From the human T2T-CHM13v2.0 reference genome, Homo sapiens: a stretch of DNA of 64,000 bases. A model generated the notes under the pieces. The model had not been told where the DNA came from. It did not search any database and was given only the letters and a program-made list of their open reading frames with translations. This document shows, piece after piece, positions 27,581-41,380 of the stretch; the stretch's first letter is position 1; every line of letters begins with the position of its first letter. Location: the NCBI RefSeq assembly GCF_009914755.1, contig NC_060925.1; one strand, written 5' to 3'. Made by a program: the position numbers and the translations under genes.

Positions 27581-28634
27581 ACACTCCTCACCCGCCCTGG
27601 CTATTACCATCCACATGGAAGGGGGGTGAGCCACCCTTATCGTGGGGGGTGCCTATGTATGTCCATTATTAGCGTTCTCTTTTTTCCTGGATATTAGGAA
27701 CAATTTCACAGGGTGCGTGTACACAGACTGGGATATGAAAACTAATATCATCCTCTGCACCTCCAGGTAGTAGGAACCATATCACACATTGGGTGTACAC
27801 TTTTTGCGAGATTTGGGGTAATGTCATCCTGTGTTTCCCTGAATATTCGGAGAAATATCACAGGGCAGGTGTACACCCACTACTCTATTGGGAGGAACGT
27901 CATACTTTACCTACTGGAAATTAGGAGCAATATCACAGATGGGATGTAAAGCCACTGTCATATTTGAAGTAATATCATGCTCTCACAGACTAGTTATGAG
28001 GAGCAATATCACAGGGGGGTGTATATCTTCTGCGGTATTGGGAGTAATGTCATCATCTGTTCCTTTAGATGATAGGAGCAATATCACGGGGCGGGGATGT
28101 ACACACCGTGTATTTTTGGAAGCAATGTCATTCTCTCTTCTTCTAGATTTTATGATTCGTATCACAGGTGGGGTGTACACCCCTTGTCTTATTGGGAGAA
28201 ATCTCATCCTCTTTCAAGCTATATATTTAGAACAATATTCCATGTGGGCTGTACATCTCTTCAATATTGGTAGTAATAGCATCTTCTCCTTTCCTGGATA
28301 TGAGAAACAACATCACAGGCGGGGTGTACACCCCTTGCAATATTGGGAGTAATATCACCTCTCCCTATGTCGTTATTGAGGACAAAATCACAGGGTGAGT
28401 GTACAGCTCTTACGTTATTGGGAGTAATATCATCCACTCACTCCCTGGATATCAGAAACTATATCACAGAAGAGGTGTACACCCCCTTCAATATTGTCAG
28501 CAATATCACCCTCTTCCCACCTGGATATTAGGAACAATACCACGGATATGACACCCAATATCGCAGGGAGTAGAAACACTCCTGTGATACTGTTCTTAAT
28601 ATTCAGGGAGGAAGAGGATGATATTACTCCCAAT
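27581..28634. repeat. ~76-bp unit satellite array (SATR1/SATR2-like) replacing HERV-L gag-pol
   Basis: GTGTACAC-like cores at 27717, 27793, 27869, 27944, 28019, 28097, 28173, 28249, 28324, 28399 and 28475 (spacing 75-78); the family name is from memory. Confidence 0.9.
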
Positions 28635-28637
28635 GGA

Positions 28638-28890
28638 GTGAACTTAGCAACCAACCAGCTTCATTATGTTCCTTAGTCCTCCACATATGGTCAAATGTGT
28701 TATGTATACAGTCACTAAACTCCTTGCCTCTCATGATCAATGAATCAGGAGTGTCAAATGCATTTATTTTGCATACTCACTTAACAGTTCACACCAAGTA
28801 CTATCAGTGTTCTCCATACTACTAGAATTTGAGTACTTAGCATTTTTGGGTCTAATCATATTAAGCAGCCAACTCCAGAAACCCCAAAAC
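28638..28890 (-). pseudogene. gag: HERV-L gag N-terminal remnant
   Basis: rc encodes GFWSWLLNMIRPKNAK...KINAFDTPDS...DHMWRTKEHNEAGWL-like peptide. Confidence 0.75.
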
Positions 28891-28930
28891 CAATGAAGGA
28901 ACTCCATCCTTAATATTCTGTTCCTGTAGA

Positions 28931-28946
28931 ACCACTCCTGATACCA
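28931..28946 (-). promoter_or_regulatory. Primer binding site, tRNA-Leu type
   Basis: rc tggtatcaggagtggt, 4 nt inside the 5' LTR; resembles the complement of the tRNA-Leu 3' end. Confidence 0.75.
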
Positions 28947-28950
28947 AATC

Positions 28951-28988
28951 TGTATTAGTCAGCATTCGCTAGAGGGACAGAACTAATG

Positions 28989-29028
<40 letters not shown>

Positions 29029-29511
29029 ATATATATATAAATTGGAATGGAATTATATATATATGTATATATGTGTGTGTGTGTATATATATATGTATAT
29101 ATATGTGCATATATATATATATATGGGAGAGTTTAGTAAATATTAACTCACATGATCACAAGGTCCCACGATAGGCTGTCTGAAGGCTAGGGAGCAAGGA
29201 AAGCCAGTCCTAGTTCCGAAGCTGAAGAACTTGGAGTCCGAAGTTCCAGGGCAGGAAGCATCCAGCCTGGGAGAATGATGCAGGCTGGGAGGCTAGGCCA
29301 GTCTCTCTTTTCATATTTTTCTGTCTGCTTATATTCTAGCCAAACTGGCAGCTGACTTGATTGTGTCCACTCAGTTAAGGGTGGGTCTGCCTTGCTCAGT
29401 CCACTGACTCAAATGTTAATCTCCTTTGGCAACACCCTTACAGACACACCCAAGATCAATAGTTTGTATCCTTCAACCCAATCAAGTTGACACTCAGTAT
29501 TAACCATCACA
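28951..29511 (-). mobile_element. 5' LTR (MLT2A) with internal (TA)n
   Basis: tgtattagtcag...ctagagggacagaactaatggaata...gtattaaccatcaca. Confidence 0.95.
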
Positions 29512-29602
29512 GATACCTGCTGAAACTCTACTTGGCATCATACCCTAGTTAGGGAATAAAGGTGTGTATGAATAAGGAAAGTAGATTAATGCTTTACAGA
29601 GA

Positions 29603-29905
<303 letters not shown>

Positions 29906-30956
29906 TGGAGATTTTTATTGCAACAAGTAAGTTATCAAATAGTTGCAAATATAGTATTTCTGATAATCACTTTAAAAGTGCAATGAAAAATCATAGTCAT
30001 GTTCTCTTGGAAAATATGAGGAAGTAGACACTAGTGGCAGATGGTCAAGGAAAGATACTCTGAACATGTCATGAGACAAAATTTACATATGATGTTTTTT
30101 GAAATGAAAAATTCTGAGCTATGTGCTCTTAACACTCTCCTCCTAACAGTGGGATAACTATCCCATGTTAATATTTTATTTGAACATCAATTAGCCAAAT
30201 ACCTTCAAAAACATTGATCTGTAGAATGTTACTTTCTGGCTGTGGGGTCTAGTGCTTCTTCTGACTTAAAATGTTTTTTTTCACTAGTAATTCTTGAACA
30301 TCTCTGGGACCTCTTTTCAAATGCAAAAGGCATAGCTATTGCTTGTTCAATATCTTCACTTCAATTTTCAATAGACACTTCAATATTTCATATGCCAGAC
30401 AGATTTTTAAATGTATATTAAATCATAAGGAGCAAAGAGAATAGATTTCTGAAAAAGTGAAATAAAAAGGGAAATAAATTTATACCAGCCATCGGTACTT
30501 ACAATGAGCTGAACAGAGGGTTCAGGAACAGTGCAATGCCCATGTGGAAATTTGAATCATGACAGAAGTGTAAAGAAAGATCAGAGAGGACAGGGCAGCC
30601 TAGTCAATAAATAATATTTTTTAAAATCTTTATCTTTATGGAAGCAATCTAAACTTTAAGTTGCTGAAGATAGATCAATAGAAAATGTCATACTGAATTT
30701 CAAAAAAAAAAACAATGAGGAAAAAAAAGCAGGTTAGAACTGTAGGCAATTTCAAAAAGTGTCACATACAAATAGGCGGATTACCAGAAGGAGAGAAAAT
30801 GGAGAAATAAATTTAAAGTAATTACTAAAAACTTTCCAAAATTAAGGACAGACATTATAGTCTGGATCCATGAAGCATGAAGCTCTCAGGGAACATCAAG
30901 TAAGAAAAATTTAAAAACAAACATACAAACAAAAAATACAACTACACATATTCAAC

Positions 30957-31376
30957 TGTATAATAAAGCTTCTGATTCCATAATTCTTTGATGTTTAACT
31001 GGGGACAACTTTTCTGCTTTGTCTTTCTTCTTCATCTACTGTCTTATATCTGGGTAAGCCAAGAAAGCCTTAGTTCTCCTTTCTTTAGTGCCAGTGTGTG
31101 ATTCAAATTCCCCAAGTCCCTTCTCATGCCCCAGAATGTTCAAATCAGCCCCACCCACTAAGCACCATAAAAAGCCTAAATCAGTCTCTTTTCTCCAATT
31201 TCTCAAGCCGTTTTAGGACCAGCTTCGGTGGCCCACTATCTTCTTCCAAGAGATTTCCTTATGTTAATAATGAACTTTTTCATGCTTTCTTAGTGAGTGT
31301 GTGGCTTCACCGGTCTTAGTATCTAAACCAAATTTTGGGTGTAAATTCATCCCATGATTGCTGGGTTGCCTTAACA
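30957..31376 (+). mobile_element. Solo LTR (LTR47-like, family uncertain)
   Basis: TG...CA ends, pyrimidine-rich body, interrupts L1 ORF1 at atattcaac|...|aaactatagaaaag. Confidence 0.55.
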
Positions 31377-32084
31377 AAACTATAGAAAAGCAAAGACAGA
31401 AACATTCTTGAAAGAAGTTGGAAAATGAGGTGTGAGATAAAGCATCTTATAGTGAAACTTAGATTCTAAATATGGTGACTTCTTATCAGAAACTATGCGA
31501 AGAAACAAGTACACTTTAATACTAAAACGTTGAAAAGAAAAAGCAACCACAAATCTAGAATTCTACATGTAGTTAAATTATCATTAAAATTTTTTTTTTT
31601 AAAAAAACTTACTTTGACAAAGCAGAAATCTGAGCAAATATATTACCAACTGATTTTCCCTGTAGGAAATTTTAAAATATCTTCAGGAAAAAAGAACATG
31701 ATATATATTAATAATTCAGATCTACTTAAATCAAGAGCATTGAAGAAAGAATAAATGGAGGTAAAACAAAATATCTTCTTTTTTAAATTGATTGAAATAT
31801 AAGTAAATATTTAAAAGTAATCATAGTAATAATAAATGAATTGGGTGTTTATAGTAGCACCAAAAAAGTATGAGAAAACTCAAAAATAAGAAGTAAAAGT
31901 GAACACACATAAAAAATGATGGAAGTATGCTAAAAGGAACTGAAAGAACTTCCATTAACCAAAAGTGGAAAAATTTTCTCAAAAAGAAAATCAAATAGTA
32001 TTGGATTGTAACCCAGATTGTAAAATAAATATCTATGAGTTCATATTATTGTAAATAAATGATTGGATAAATAAATATTGTAGA

Positions 32085-34122
<2,038 letters not shown>

Positions 34123-34377
34123 ATGGGAAAAGAATCTCCCAGGCAGAGATTTCCAAATAATTTATGTAAACACTCTGCTTTCAAGGAAGTGGAGCATAAA
34201 GTGTCACTTTTTAAGAGTAGGTTGCATATAGTGACTTCCTTTCAAAAGTAGTATGGAAAGGAGATAAACAAATAACTTTACAGTGGAAAAACCCTATTAA
34301 GGTGTTAGAACTTAAATCTTATTTAGTTTATCAAAACAAAACAAAACAAAACAAAGACATACAAAGCAATACGTGAT

Positions 34378-34713
34378 TGTATGGTTTGAATCTGTCACCC
34401 AGAAATCAAGTGCTGAAAACTTAATCTCCAATGAGACAATGTTGGGAGGAAGGGCCTAATGGAAAGTATTTAGGTCATGAGGGCTCATGAATAGATTGTC
34501 ATAAAAAAGGCTCACAGGAAAGGGTTTGTTCTCTGGTGCTTCATTCTTTCTTTTTCTCTCTTGTGATGTTGTAGCAAGAAGGCCCTCACCAGATGCCAGT
34601 GTCTTACCTTGCACTTCCCAGCCTCAATAACTGTTAAGTATATACATTTCTGTTATTTGTAAAATACCTAGTCTCAGGTATTTTCTTATAGCAGCACAAA
34701 AAGAACTAATACA
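34378..34713 (+). mobile_element. MSTC/D-type MaLR solo LTR
   Basis: tatggtttgaat...aaggccctcaccagatgc...tatagcagcacaaaaagaactaataca. Confidence 0.8.
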
Positions 34714-35090
34714 GTCATGTCGATGTTCTGTACCCTTAATATGATGTGATGAAAATGACACAGAACTCTGTGGTCCTCCTCACTAAAAACTATAAACCTC
34801 ATTATAAAACAAACAAACAAACCAAAACCAAAAAAATGGACACATTCCACTTGAGAGAAACTCTACAAAATACCTGGCCAGTGTTCCTTAAAACTGTCAA
34901 GGTCATCGAATACAAGGGGAAAGTCTGAGAAACAATCAAAGCTGAGAAGAGCCTGAGAAGCATGGCAACTAAATGTAATATGGTATATTGGATGAGATTC
35001 TGGAACAGAAAAAGTAATTAAATAAAATTAATAGAATCTAAATAGAAATGAACCTTAGTTTATAACAATGCATCAATATTGGTCACATTA

Positions 35091-35462
35091 TGATATGGTT
35101 TGGCTGTGTCCACACCCAAATCTCATCTTGAATTGTAGTTCCCATAATCCCCACATGTCATGGGAGGGACCCAGTGTAAGGTAATTGAATCATGGGGACA
35201 GTTATCTCCATGCTGCTCATGATAGTGAGTGAATTCTCACAAGACATGATGGTTTTATAAGGGTCTTTTCCCCTTTTGCTTGGCACTCCTCCTTGCTGCT
35301 ACCATATGAAGACGGATGTGTTTGCTTCCCTCTCTGCCTTGATTATAAGTTTCCTGAAGCCTCCCCAGCCCTGTAAAACTGCAAGTCAATTAAGCCTCTC
35401 TTTTTATAGATTACCCAGTCTCAGGTATGTCTTTATTAGCAATGTGAGAACGGACTAATACA
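35091..35462 (+). mobile_element. THE1 (C-like) solo LTR
   Basis: tgatatggtttggctgtgtcc...cggactaataca; TSD catta/tatta. Confidence 0.93.
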
Positions 35463-36242
35463 TATTAATAGTAACAAATATGCCATACTAATGCAAGATG
35501 TTAATAATAAGGGAAACTATGTGTGCCTATGGTGGGGGGTTGGTGGGAGCAGGTAATATGAGACTGTGTACCATATTTGCAATTTTTCTGTAAATATAAA
35601 ACTGTTCTAAAATTTAAAAGTTAGCGTAAAGATTAAAATGTTCTTAATAAGAAAAATAGGTAAATATATTTTAGTAGATCTTATAAAAAATATTGTATGA
35701 AGCAGTGAAAAATAGATGACTAGATGACAGCTACCCTCAACAGAATATATGAAATATACTCCTATGGGAAAATAAGAAAACAATTTTTACAAAGTTCAAA
35801 AATATCTAAAAGTCAAAAAATATACTTTAAACATATATGAAAAAATAAATTCACAAATATCAGGATAATTATATTCCCAAAATTATGATAGTGTTTATCT
35901 CTGATGGAAGGATGCAGGCTTCCAATACAGAGGAGGGAAGACACTTGTATAGAAGCAGTTTTTAGTTTTCTTGTAACTGGATGTTATCATTTAATAAAAA
36001 CACACATTATACATATTGATATCAATTAATAAAAGAGGTTATGCATGGAGCTACAATGAAAGAACACTATAAACAAGATTATTATAAATCAGTGCACCTG
36101 GAGTCAACAGCAATAACAAAACAAAACCCTAGTTATACTTAAATGAGTATTAAATATATTTCTCTCAATTGCATACTTTCTTTACCTTTAAATAGTTATG
36201 GTAATACTGGTTTCAGTACATTTCTAATGGTGTGGTTATGCT

Positions 36243-37330
36243 TATTTTTTGCTATTATTAATTGACACATAACTAATGTACATATTTATGGGGTACAGTG
36301 TGATATTTTGATTTATGTATATGATGTATAATGATCAAATCAGAGTAATTAGCATATTCATCACTTCACACATTTATCAGTTCTTTGTGTTGGGGACATT
36401 CAAAATCTGCTCTTCTAATTGTTTCAAAATATATAAAATATTGTTGTTAGGTAGTGATTCTACAGTCCTGTAGAAGACCAGAACTTTTCTCTCCCACTTA
36501 GCTGTATTTTTGTATCTGTTAACCAACCTTTATCTATCTTCCTCTTCCTCCTACTTTTCCTTGTCTCTAATAACCACTCTTTTACTCTCTACTTCTATGA
36601 GATCAAATTTTTTAGCTTCCACATCTGAATAAGAAAATGTGGTACTTATCTTTCTGTACCTGGCTTATTTCACTTAACCTAATGTTCTCCAAGCTCATCC
36701 ATGTTTCCATGAATGACAGAATTTTCTTATTTTGTATGGTGAAATAGTGTTCCATAGTGTGTATACACCACATTTCCTTTATCCATTCATCTGCTGATGA
36801 ACACTTAGGTTTATTTCCATATGTTGGCTCTTGTGAATAGTGTTGCAATAAATGTGAAAATGCAGATTTCACATACTAATTTTTTTGACATTCTAATTTC
36901 CTTTTTTTGGAAAGAGTATGAGATTGGATCCAGTACTGGCATTGCTGGATTATATATTAGTTTTTTTTAGTTTTTTGAGGAAACTTCTTTCTGTTTTTTG
37001 TAATGGCTCTACTAATTACATTCATACCAACAATGTATACGAGTACTTCTTTCTACACATCCTTGCAAGAACTTGTTAACTTCTACATTTTTTATAAGAG
37101 TCATTTGAAATAGAAGATACTATCTCATTGTGGTTCTGATTTACAATTTTCTGATGCTTAGTGATGCTGAACATTTTTATGTATATTTATTTTCTATTTG
37201 TATGTCTTCTTTTGAGAGATTTCTATTCAGTTCATTTGTCCATTTCCAGTTGGATTATTTGTTGTTCTTTGCTTTTTGTTTTTGCTATTGAGCTGTTTGA
37301 GTTTCTTGACTATTCTGGGTATTAATTGCT
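36243..37330 (-). mobile_element. L1MA (about L1MA6) 3' fragment
   Basis: ORF 36612-36872 (PKCSSADEWIKEMWCIHTMEHY); L1MA 3'UTR. Confidence 0.88.
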
Positions 37331-38629
37331 TGAAAATTTGCATGCATTATGTCAGACCAAAAACAAAAAAAAAAATCAAAGAATATTTGTTTCCAAAATA
37401 TATTTTTATGTCACTGAATGAATTACATTTTTGCAAAATGTTAGTGGTATACACCAAAAGTTAAAACAATATTTAGTATTCTCAATTAATCAGCATCTGA
37501 CTGCAAACAACAGAAACCTACCCTCTTAATGAGAGCAAAAAAAATCATTAATTGTTGCTTGTTAAGTTTCCAGAAGTACCAGAGGTATCTCCAGAAGCTG
37601 GAGTTCCAGATTACTTCATCAGAACCTAGTGTATTTCAGGACTGGTCGTTGGTGACAACAATAAGCCCCCAATAGGTGTAATCTCTCACTGTGACACTTA
37701 AGCCTCGGAAAACTGGATGACCCCAAAAGCTGTAACCCTCCAGAAGAGATTCTGTGCAGTGCCTTCTTCAGTCCATATCTCTAGATTCTATATTGTAGCT
37801 TTAGGTAAAGGCTAGGTTAGCTGTCTGGGCTTAAGAGGCACTGGGGTTGGGAAAGAGAATTCTACTTTAGAGAAAAACTGGAAAAGCTTCTACTTTAGAG
37901 ATACAGGGATTCATGTCATAAAAATGTCCTCAGTCTAAATGGCTGTGTTTAAAGAAGACTTGAAACCAAAAATAAATAAATAGGTAGTTAGGTACATTCT
38001 CATTAGAGTGACTCTGGGAAAATTGATATCTGTTTGCAATTGTTTACCTGAACATTGGCATGGCTGAAGACAGTTAAATCATGTTATTTGTGTATTTCAG
38101 CTAACCCAAATGATATCAGATAATTAATAAGTAAATTCAAAGAATCAGGGCCAGAATCCATTCCTATGTCATAGTATATGGTAAGAGATTTGTCCCAGTA
38201 ATGCTGACTCTAAACAAAATACCATTGTGAGGGAGAAGCCTGATGTGTAAGAAGCTCGCTACAATTTAGTTTGTGATTGATTCCTGAAAATAAGTCAAAG
38301 TTTTATAAACTCTCAAAACAATTGCATTTCTCATAATAGAGCTCTCCACAGAGTTGCTGCCTGTAAACACTGCTTTTAGAATTTTGCTTGATAACTTTTG
38401 CAATCTAATAAGTAATTAAGTGGCATATAGTATCTTACATAAAAACTACTGTGAAGATTTGTTTGATTGAAGAAAAAAGAAAGGAATATTTGGATTTGAG
38501 TTGTGACTAAAACTAAAATCTAAGATAGTTGCATTGTTATTTTAGTGTTTTGACAGATAGGAAGCATGAAAGGGGGAAAACAGGCTGCCTGGCTGAACTG
38601 GAGGACCCTATGTTAAAATGGTTACCCAA

Positions 38630-39326
38630 GTACTGTGGTCTGAATACTTGTTTCTCCCCCAAATTCACATGTTGAAATCCTCAGTTTCGAGGTGATGTTA
38701 TTAGGAAGTGAGGCTTTTGGGAAATGATAAGGTCATGAGGGTGTAGCCCTCATGAATGGGACTAGTGCCCTTATAAAAGAGACCCTAGAGAGACCTCTAG
38801 CCTTTCCACCATGTGAAGACACAGTGAGAAGGCACCATCTGTGAACCGGAAAGCAGGCTTTCCCCAGACACTAAATCTGATGGTGCCTTGATTTTGGACA
38901 TTCTAGCCTCCAGAACCCTGAGAAATAAAATTCTCTTGTTTATAAGCCACTCAGTTTATGGTACAGCAGACCCTCCATATCTGTGGCTTCTGCATAGCTA
39001 AATTCAACCAACCTCAAATTGAAAATATTTTTTTGAATGTGCTTGTACTGAACCTGCAGAAATGTTTTTGGTCATTATTCACTAAACAATAGAGTATAAT
39101 AACTATTTACATGGCATTTACATTGTATTAGGTATTACAAGCAATCTAGAGATGATTTGATGTATATAGGAGGATGTACAGAAGCCATATAAAATACTCT
39201 GCCATTTTATATAAGTAGCATGAGCATCCATGAATTTTGGTATTCATAGAAGACCCTAGAACCAATCCCCCATGGATACTGAGGAACAACTGTATTTTTG
39301 TTATAGCATCCAGATAGAATAAGATA
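38630..39326 (+). mobile_element. MLT1A0 LTR split by MER2
   Basis: ccctcatgaatgggactagtgcccttataaaagagacc; tail ttttgttatagca resumes after MER2. Confidence 0.88.
38964..39292. mobile_element. MER2 (Tigger MITE)
   Basis: TA TSDs; TIRs cagcagaccctccatatc / ggatactgaggaacaactg. Confidence 0.88.
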
Positions 39327-39849
39327 CTGAGATAACTTGAAAGGTGCAACACATCTCCCCTGGGCATTTAAATCTAAGTAAAGAGGTAGGAAAACAGAAT
39401 GTCATTGATATATACTTTTATTTATTTTTTATGTTGGCAAGATATAAGAAAAATGTTTGCTCACTAACAAGCAGAAATGGCAAGAAATAGGATGATTCTG
39501 TAAATCTGTGGCCTGGAGAAAATGGAAAACCAGCTGCTTTTACATTCCAAAGCACTATTGAGAGGTCTGAATAAGATTTTGATTGACCAACACACAGAAA
39601 ATGTTTCAATTGAACAATTCCTTGTGAAGTTTAAATTCGGTGATTTCCTCATCTAATGCCTTATGATCCTTTAAAATAAATATCATTGAGAGGCAAAAGG
39701 AAAAGAGGGCGAGGGGAGAGGAGAGCGATGGTGGGGATGGTCAGGTGAGCAGAAGAAAAGAGAGAGAAAAGAGAAAGGCACAATTATAAAAGTAAAAAAT
39801 AATTGAGAAATTTGTAGAAAAAAGTTAGCTTTGTTAATATAGAATATGA

Positions 39850-40310
39850 GACTGGCCAAAAAAAGTTATATTTGTTGTAGTTAAAAATCTGAAGCAATCT
39901 TTATTTCTACCAACTAATTTTGGTATAACTATACAAAGGAATACTACTTAGTAATAAAAAGGAGCAAAGTACTGATAAACGCAACTATATAGATGAACCT
40001 GAAACACATTATGCTGTTACAATGCCAGACACAAAAGAGTACATTATGTATGATTCCACTTAGAGTAAATTCTAGAAGATTATTCATATATAGTGACAAA
40101 AAATCTATCAGGGAATACTTGTGTTTTGAGTGGTGAAATTCTGACTGCACAAAATAAGTACAAAAATATTTTAGGGATGTGAAGAGACTATTCTATATCT
40201 AGATTATGGTGTTGGCCACATGGGTGTAAAATTTGATAGAATTTTTCATTTACCTTAAAATCAGTGCATTTTATTTCATCTTTTCAAATTTATTGACTAC
40301 ATTTTAAAAA
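39850..40310 (+). mobile_element. L1ME-type 3' end
   Basis: ggaatactacttagtaataaaaagga...gccagacacaaaagagtacattatgtatgattcca. Confidence 0.7.
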
Positions 40311-40659
40311 GCCATTTGCTTATTCTGGATATTAAACCATCTTCAGGCTCCCATGCTTCCTCAAGCTGAAAGTATGCAGCAATCATTTCTCATCTCTGAA
40401 GCAAGAAAAACTTCTAGTTACCTCTCCAAACCAGGGTAAGGGAAGTGGAGGGAAAAGAGAGAGTATAATCGGGGACCAAGGAGAAAAAATAAAGTACTTC
40501 CTCTTAAAGACAAGAATCATAGCCTATTGGAGGAATTTCTGCTCCACCAAGGTTGAGACCTTTACCTTGTTTTCCCAGAGAGATTTCACAAGAATTTTGG
40601 ATGAATAACTCTTCTGTGCATGCTGTATTTCTATTTTTGGAACATTCCACTTTAGTTTA

Positions 40660-40751
40660 CTCTCTGTCTCTCTGTCTTTCTCTCTCTTTCTGTGTGTGTG
40701 TGTGTGTGTGTATGTATGTGTGCATGTGTGTGTCTGTACATGTCTGTGTGT
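40660..40751. repeat. (CT)n-(GT)n microsatellite
   Basis: Direct reading. Confidence 0.9.
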
Positions 40752-40944
40752 GGAGGATTGAGATCGGCTAGAAAAAACTTGTTATTAATTCATAACAGTC
40801 AGATCTAACCCTAATATAGAATATAGCACAACATCTAGAACTTCTGGCCTTTGGACAAAATGCAAAAATTGGGTGGAACTTTGATTTGCCTGCTTTGGTG
40901 AGAGAGAGAATGTAATATATATTTGAGAAGAGAACAAATGAATA

Positions 40945-41380
40945 GTTGTGAAAGAAGGGTAGTCTGTGGCAAAAAAAGTTGTTCTTATCATTCTCTATCT
41001 TATTTTCTTTCATTTATGCAGAGCGAAAATACGTTATTTTTCAGTCTGCTTTTATTAAGCGGAGCAAAAACACTTGGTTCTGGACAATGGAATGTTGGCA
41101 GAAATGACATAAGTAAATTCCAAGCCTACCTTTAAAAACAACTCATACAATCTTTTATGTATTCCCTTGGCCCCTATCTGGTAACTAAATTTCAACCGAA
41201 GATGACCCTGAGAGTCACGTATTGAATAAGGAAGAGTGACACAGTTGAAGATAGAAGGTTCCTGATTGATTACATGAAGCAGAGTCCTCTCAGAAATTTG
41301 CACTGGACAATGATATGTTTGATAAATAAACTTTCATTTTTTAGACCATTAAAATTTTTCTTTGGTATAGCACTTAATGT
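40945..41380 (+). mobile_element. Old MLT1 (H-K type) LTR
   Basis: ttctggacaatggaatgttggcagaaatgaca...gataaataaactttcatt. Confidence 0.55.

Larger units (their letters stand above)
25016..29511 (-). mobile_element. HERV-L provirus with two MLT2A (A1-like) LTRs, internally deleted, satellite-bearing
   Basis: 5-bp TSD GATAC at 25011-25015 and 29512-29516; paired LTRs; PBS, PPT, gag start, integrase and dUTPase remnants. Confidence 0.95.

Noticed and set aside
27888-28352. 154-aa ORF and neighbouring ORFs in the array
   Set aside because: Translations of satellite units with recurring peptide motifs; no evidence of a gene.
27688-28544. CRISPR-like look (palindromic repeats at a fixed period)
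   Set aside because: The intervening parts are homologous to each other rather than unique spacers, the context is primate, and there are no cas genes; it is a tandem satellite.
37860-37901. 14-bp direct repeat ttctactttagaga (also an 18-bp tandem at 4078-4113)
   Set aside because: Ordinary micro-duplications with no further structure.
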